From an uncultured archaeon (GTDB taxonomy: Archaea > Asgardarchaeota > Thorarchaeia > Thorarchaeales > Thorarchaeaceae), in contig CAZLEV010000013.1 in the NCBI GenBank assembly GCA_964558645.1, positions 44,995 through 108,994 of the forward strand: a stretch of 64,000 nucleotides of DNA, given 5' to 3'. The notes beneath the pieces are model-generated. The model was not told where the DNA came from and searched no databases. It worked only from the letters and a program-made list of their open reading frames with translations. Position 1 is the first letter of the stretch; each line of letters opens with the position of its first letter. The position numbers were made by a program, and so were the translations under genes. This document shows, piece after piece, positions 59,187-64,000 of the stretch.

Positions 59187-59657
59187 CTATGTGAGTGGCC
59201 AGCCTCTTTTTGAATATGGCCATCTCCAAATCATGATTACGGCAGAAAGGAACATGAAAGGAGTCGGAGCTGTTATTGATGGTCCCCAGGTGCCTATTGC
59301 GGTCAGAATCGACGCGGCAATACACAGAGGCAATTCTGTCAAGAGGGTGACCAGTAGTGTAGTTGCGCCTGTGCTCTTACCCCTGTAGTATCGGAACACC
59401 TGGTAGGGAAAGATCAGCCGAGGAAATGTCAAGGGGAATATCGACCACCACCATGCAGGACCCCAATCTACGACCACTCGACCCGGTTCAAACTGAACCC
59501 ACCATAAAATGGCTGGAACGGATAGGGTAGATGAACGCAGGAATAGGGTGATTCCGGCTGGAGCAAGCAGTGCAATTGATGCCGCAATCATAGATGCTGC
59601 TCTTGCGTCAAGGGGCCTTCTTTCATGCTGTCCTTGAGTAGTGCCTGACTGGTGCAT
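59187..59657 (-). CDS. Hypothetical 4-TM membrane protein (paralog of 49154-49717)
   Basis: IFPLTFPRLIFPYQVFRYYRGKST..TT..LTELP..PTP. Confidence 0.75.
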   Translation of the reverse strand: MHQSGTTQGQHERRPLDARAASMIAASIALLAPAGITLFLRSSTLSVPAILWWVQFEPGRVVVDWGPAWWWSIFPLTFPRLIFPYQVFRYYRGKSTGATTLLVTLLTELPLCIAASILTAIGTWGPSITAPTPFMFLSAVIMIWRWPYSKRGWPLT

Positions 59658-59700
59658 TTTTCACAGCGCCTTCATAACCTTGACTGCAGGGTTCTCAACA

Positions 59701-60378
59701 CTATGAAACGTAATAATCGATTCTGTCTACCGTTAGACATGCTGGATTATTGTGGTCGGACCTAGCTGTACACTGATAGAGCCATCCACCATCTACGATT
59801 GTGACTTTCAGCATCACCCGGAATGTATAGGCTTTACCACTCTCTAGGTCGACCCAGAAGCTCTTCTCTATGACTCTATCGATTACAGCTTCTTCATTCA
59901 CCCACGTTGTCCCTTCTGCGGTCAGAATCGCAGCCCACGCGACCCTTTGCTGTAGCTGCTCTCCGAGTGAATTGTAGACCAGATAAATGACCTCCAGCTT
60001 TATCTCGTTGTCGGGATCCCAGCAGTCCTCGGCTGTAGCAAGCCGGTAATCGAGAGTCCAAGTTGCAGATATGTACCATGTGGCAGTGATGGTTTCTCCC
60101 ATCTCAGTATCAGATCCTATCCAGGCATACGAGTAGGCGCCCGTTGGATAGCCATCCAACCACATTCTTTGATCGACTTCTACTCTGCACGTTCCAGCAC
60201 TAGCGGAAACACTTGGAGAAGGCAGCTTCACTGAGGACTTGAATGTCCCACTGTATTCGTATGTGGGATAGAATGACCCACCCCAAACGGCTGCCACTGG
60301 ATACACTTCGAGTGCCCCCACAATCAGCGCCAAGAGAAGCATACAGAGTCGATTTCGTCTTGATATTACTCTAGACAA
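59701..60378 (-). CDS. Secreted beta-rich hypothetical protein
   Basis: RRNR plus hydrophobic signal peptide ending PVAA; TTG start after GAGG. Confidence 0.7.
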   Translation of the reverse strand: MSRVISRRNRLCMLLLALIVGALEVYPVAAVWGGSFYPTYEYSGTFKSSVKLPSPSVSASAGTCRVEVDQRMWLDGYPTGAYSYAWIGSDTEMGETITATWYISATWTLDYRLATAEDCWDPDNEIKLEVIYLVYNSLGEQLQQRVAWAAILTAEGTTWVNEEAVIDRVIEKSFWVDLESGKAYTFRVMLKVTIVDGGWLYQCTARSDHNNPACLTVDRIDYYVS

Positions 60379-60498
60379 ACCCTCACTTCCTAAGCACGGT
60401 AAACCCACATGTGAAAGCACCGTGCCGCACATTCTATCCATCCACGGCCGCATATAAGACTATCACCGACTCGGTACACTCCTACGACCTCGGAAGTG

Positions 60499-61962
60499 TC
60501 ATATGTCCTTGGTCTGGATGGACACGGTGATGGTCACCCGCAAGTGGCACTGCGTGGAGTTGCTCGAGGGGTTCTCGAATCGCACAACCCACACGTGGAC
60601 GCCGCTCTCAAAGAGACTTGACCAGCCAAAGTATGATTTTGGGTATTCCTTGGAGTCCTTCAAAGAGTATCCTGGAGTGACGTTCAAACGTTCGGTCTCG
60701 TTCATGGCCGCGAATTCGTCAGCGTGCAGGGGAAGCAGGTGGCCTCTCTCATGCAGCGGCAGGGGGCAGCCGCCCCAATCGAGAATCTCGGTAGTGATGC
60801 CCCACAAGGTCTCCTGGCCGGCAGGGGGTTCCGGAACGTCGACCTCACCGTAGAGCCACTCACCGACAGCAATCTCCACCCCCGATGGACCCGTGTCATA
60901 GAGCACCGTGATGTCCTCCTCCTGCCAGGAGACCTCAGTGAGCTGATAGAAGGGTGGAAAGACCACGATGAAGGCGACGAGGATAGCTGCAAAGACCCGT
61001 CGGCGGAATCTCAACGACGCATGGGCAGTATCAAGCAGCTGTAGCCTGGCGGCATCATCGACCTGTCGCTTAGCTGGCTTTGTCCTGCCTGCATCCATCC
61101 AACCAGTCTGCCCAAGCCGCCACAGCCGGACATTCCTCCTGAAGAGCGAGCGAGTCAGAGGGAGAAGCAGGAGAGAGAGCCCAACCAGGGTCAGAATCGG
61201 AGGGAGGAGATACACCGGGTCGAAGGCGATGCCGATCAGCATCTCCATGTTGCCTCTGTCGAGAAAGCGATGCCCTGACAGCGCAATGGCGGTGAACCTG
61301 TACAGGTGGTACGGTGAATAGAGTACGAGCTCGTTGTAGCTGACCATCCAGGGTGTGAGGCCCGTCGCCATGGCAAAGGTCGAGAGGAAGACGCTTCCTC
61401 CCACTGCGGCCCACCGCCACTCGTCCAGAATCACTGCGATGAGGGCAGTGAGGGAGCAGAGAAGCAGGGAGAAGACCGGGATGGGGAAAAGAGCAGCAGG
61501 GAGATAGGCAAGGACCGCTGCCGGTTCAACGTCAGGGAACTGGGTGATTGCAATACCGAAGGCAACGAGGGTGAAGAGGGCCATGTACAGGGACGTGAGC
61601 ACAAGCTGCGCAGCGAACCGCCTGCGAAGAGATGGTGCCTGCTGCGTGGAGGGGGACTGATTATTTACTCCGCCAGGTGCATTTGAAGTGGTCAGCAGGA
61701 GAGCAGCACTGAGGGAGAAGGGCACCCCGGTCACCAGTATCGTGGCCACCAGGTTGATGGCGACAAAGGCCGCACCGAAGGGTCCGTACCAGTAGGCATT
61801 GGGCAACAACATCGTCACCAGGGTCGTCCCTGCTGACACTGCCAGCCAGATGATCCACTCGCACCTGGACAGGCCCAGTTCCGGAGGCCGCCAGCCAGCC
61901 CCGTTCAGACCCTCCTGAGCGTCCTCCCCGTCTTTCTCTGTGTTCCTATCGGCGTACGTCAT
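60499..61962 (-). CDS. Multi-pass membrane protein (ABC-2 permease-like) with C-terminal extracellular domain
   Basis: About 7 TM helices; YSPYHLYR; beta-rich C-terminus; GC-rich. Confidence 0.7.
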   Translation of the reverse strand: MTYADRNTEKDGEDAQEGLNGAGWRPPELGLSRCEWIIWLAVSAGTTLVTMLLPNAYWYGPFGAAFVAINLVATILVTGVPFSLSAALLLTTSNAPGGVNNQSPSTQQAPSLRRRFAAQLVLTSLYMALFTLVAFGIAITQFPDVEPAAVLAYLPAALFPIPVFSLLLCSLTALIAVILDEWRWAAVGGSVFLSTFAMATGLTPWMVSYNELVLYSPYHLYRFTAIALSGHRFLDRGNMEMLIGIAFDPVYLLPPILTLVGLSLLLLPLTRSLFRRNVRLWRLGQTGWMDAGRTKPAKRQVDDAARLQLLDTAHASLRFRRRVFAAILVAFIVVFPPFYQLTEVSWQEEDITVLYDTGPSGVEIAVGEWLYGEVDVPEPPAGQETLWGITTEILDWGGCPLPLHERGHLLPLHADEFAAMNETERLNVTPGYSLKDSKEYPKSYFGWSSLFESGVHVWVVRFENPSSNSTQCHLRVTITVSIQTKDI

Positions 61963-62056
61963 TCGACGAAAGCCCCCGTCTGCCTTCTCTGCTGTAGAGA
62001 AACCAAATGAGTATGTCTGCCTCACGCGTAATAACGATTTCGAGAGGACCAGGATG

Positions 62057-62800
62057 TCAGTCCATGAGCCGGGCGATGATGGATGTGCAATAGCAATAGA
62101 TGGATATCAATTGAGCTCCTGGATCTGCAGAAGTCGCGTACACATCATTTCCCATGTAACCCCAGCCCACCCGCTCCACGAAGGAGATAGGGGCACCACT
62201 TGTATACAAGTAGCCATCATAACCCTCTGGAAGATTGACATCCAAGAGAACGAAGAGGTTACCGGTGATACCGTAGGGCTTTTCGATAGTCAAGATGAGG
62301 CCTTCGTAGGTCGCGAGTCCATCATCTTCGTCCACAGCGACCCTGATGATGCCAGTCTGGTATACCTCAAACCGTGTCTTGTTCAGCACCGCGCCATTTT
62401 CAAATCGCACCGTGGTGTTCAGGTTCTGCCCCCGCTGGATGTAGAGGTCGTACTTCGCAGCTGTGCCCAGCACCACCTCAACACGCCGCTGGCGACCGGT
62501 GGACTCCAGATTCACCTGATTCCCCACCTCACGCACTAGGACCACCGAGCCTGACTGCGCATCGTACAGATCCACAGCCACCCTGCACATCAGCGATGTG
62601 TCATTCTCGAAGGAGATGGTGAGGTTAGCATCCGTCAGGTCACGGATGTACATCAGGATGCGGCGGTTGGGCTCGGGGTTCCACTCTTCGAACCGGAACT
62701 GGGTGCGGTTGGACTCGTAGAACCAGAATACACTCACCCCGGTGACGAGGACGATGCCGATGATAAGGAATGCCAGCGGCTTCTTTCCAAGGGGCCTCAT
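62057..62800 (-). CDS. N-terminally anchored beta-rich surface protein, tandem paralog 1
   Basis: TM then FWFYESNRTQF; shares DANLTISF.NDTSL, GAPISFVERVGWGY, IIARL.D with neighbours. Confidence 0.85.
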   Translation of the reverse strand: MRPLGKKPLAFLIIGIVLVTGVSVFWFYESNRTQFRFEEWNPEPNRRILMYIRDLTDANLTISFENDTSLMCRVAVDLYDAQSGSVVLVREVGNQVNLESTGRQRRVEVVLGTAAKYDLYIQRGQNLNTTVRFENGAVLNKTRFEVYQTGIIRVAVDEDDGLATYEGLILTIEKPYGITGNLFVLLDVNLPEGYDGYLYTSGAPISFVERVGWGYMGNDVYATSADPGAQLISIYCYCTSIIARLMD

Positions 62801-62854
62801 ACGATCACTCCAGCAGGAGAATAGCTATCGAGAGATAAAAGTGCAGCTACAGAC

Positions 62855-63607
62855 TCAGTCGATGAGCCGGGCGATGATGGCGTCACAGACGGAGTTGATC
62901 ACCACAAGAGGGTGGTCCTCATTGCGGGGTGTTCCGAAGATGTCGTTACCGAGATAGCCCCACCCCACACGCTCGACAAAGGATATAGGGGCACCGTGGG
63001 TGTACAGCTTGCCGTCGTAGTCCTCCGGGAGATCGATGTCCAGCAGCACGAGGCTGGAACCAGTGAAGCCAGAGGGACGGCGGACCGTGACATACAGAGA
63101 ATCGATAGTTGTGAGACCGTCATGTTCATCCACGGCAATCCTGACTATACCCGTCTGATAGATGTCTACGTCGGTCCTGTTCAGTACGGCCCCGTTTCCG
63201 AAGCGGATGGTCGTGTTCAGGTTCTCGCCCCTCCAGATGGTGACGTCGTACCAGGTGGCAGTGCCCAGCACGATATCGATGCGCCGCTGTCGGCCCTCAC
63301 AGTACAGATGCAGGCTGTGCACGTTGACCTCATCATACTGCATCCTCACCGACCCGCTCTGCGCATCGTACAGCTCAGCATCAACACGATAGAGCAGCGA
63401 TGTGTCGTTCACAAAAGAGATGGTGAGGTTGGCATCCCGGGGCTCGGCGATGGCCAAGATGACCTTGCGCGTGTCACCTGCTGGGTAGGTCTGCTCAAAA
63501 TGGAACTGGGTGCGGTTGGACTCGTAGAACCAGAAGATGCCGGCTCCGCCACCTAGGACTATCAGTATGAGGAGAATGGCTGTCTGCTTCCTCGTCAACG
63601 ACCTCAT
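62855..63607 (-). CDS. N-terminally anchored beta-rich surface protein, tandem paralog 2
   Basis: Colinear with paralog 1; GGAGTGATC RBS. Confidence 0.85.
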   Translation of the reverse strand: MRSLTRKQTAILLILIVLGGGAGIFWFYESNRTQFHFEQTYPAGDTRKVILAIAEPRDANLTISFVNDTSLLYRVDAELYDAQSGSVRMQYDEVNVHSLHLYCEGRQRRIDIVLGTATWYDVTIWRGENLNTTIRFGNGAVLNRTDVDIYQTGIVRIAVDEHDGLTTIDSLYVTVRRPSGFTGSSLVLLDIDLPEDYDGKLYTHGAPISFVERVGWGYLGNDIFGTPRNEDHPLVVINSVCDAIIARLID

Positions 63608-63663
63608 ACGATCACTCCAGCACTAGAGTGTCCGTTCAGAGATAAAAGTCAAACTGCTCACTA

Positions 63664-64000
63664 TCAGTCGATGAGCCGGGCGATGATGGCGTCACATTCA
63701 CAGCTGATGGACACCAGGGGCTCCTCCCAGTCTCCGGGAGTCCCGTAGTCATGATGACCCAAGTACCCCCAGCCGACACGCTCCACGAAGGAGATTGGCG
63801 CACCATTGGTGTGGAGCCGGCCGTCATACCCCTTTGGCAGGTCGATGTCCAGGAGGACAAGAAGAGAACCAGCAATGCCGTAGGGATGCCCGGCATACAC
63901 AAACAGACTGTCATACGTTGCAAGACCGTCGTGTTCGTCCACAGCAATCCTGATGATGCCTGTCTGGTATGCACTTAGGTGCGTGTCGTTCAGCACTGCG
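63664..64000 (-). CDS. Tandem paralog 3 (5'-partial, runs off window)
   Basis: YQTGIIRIAVDEHDGL..GAPISFVERVGWGY..CDAIIARLID. Confidence 0.85.
   Translation of the reverse strand, partial: AVLNDTHLSAYQTGIIRIAVDEHDGLATYDSLFVYAGHPYGIAGSLLVLLDIDLPKGYDGRLHTNGAPISFVERVGWGYLGHHDYGTPGDWEEPLVSISCECDAIIARLID

Noticed and set aside
62057-64000. Diversity-generating retroelement target/template repeats
   Set aside because: Differences are not adenine-specific and include synonymous changes throughout; no reverse transcriptase is in the window.

Overview
Gene-dense archaeal chromosomal segment (about 50% GC by eye). It is most consistent with an Asgard archaeon, probably Thorarchaeia; this is inferred from gene content and protein style, not from a database search. 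The left part is energy metabolism: a large tandem HdrA-MvhD fusion running off the left edge (absent from the ORF track), two mirror-image hdrCB pairs around a radical SAM gene, a four-subunit and a two-subunit 2-oxoacid:ferredoxin oxidoreductase, and a CopB ATPase. The middle holds ahcY, a short alaS, PiT/DUF47, surface-anchored phosphatases, a subtilisin, LRR proteins, a regnase-type NYN nuclease and many lineage-specific membrane proteins. The right end (about 55.3-64 kb) is accessory: a decayed vapBC pair, an intact IS5/IS903-like element with a 9-bp target duplication, an MNT-HEPN pair bracketed by about 90-bp direct repeats, and a GC-rich tandem array of paralogous surface-protein genes. 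The most notable unexplained structure is a dispersed non-coding element of about 190 bp with imperfect terminal inverted repeats. It has three clear copies and one degenerate copy, always in the same orientation relative to a neighbouring gene's 3' end. No tRNA, rRNA or CRISPR array was found.
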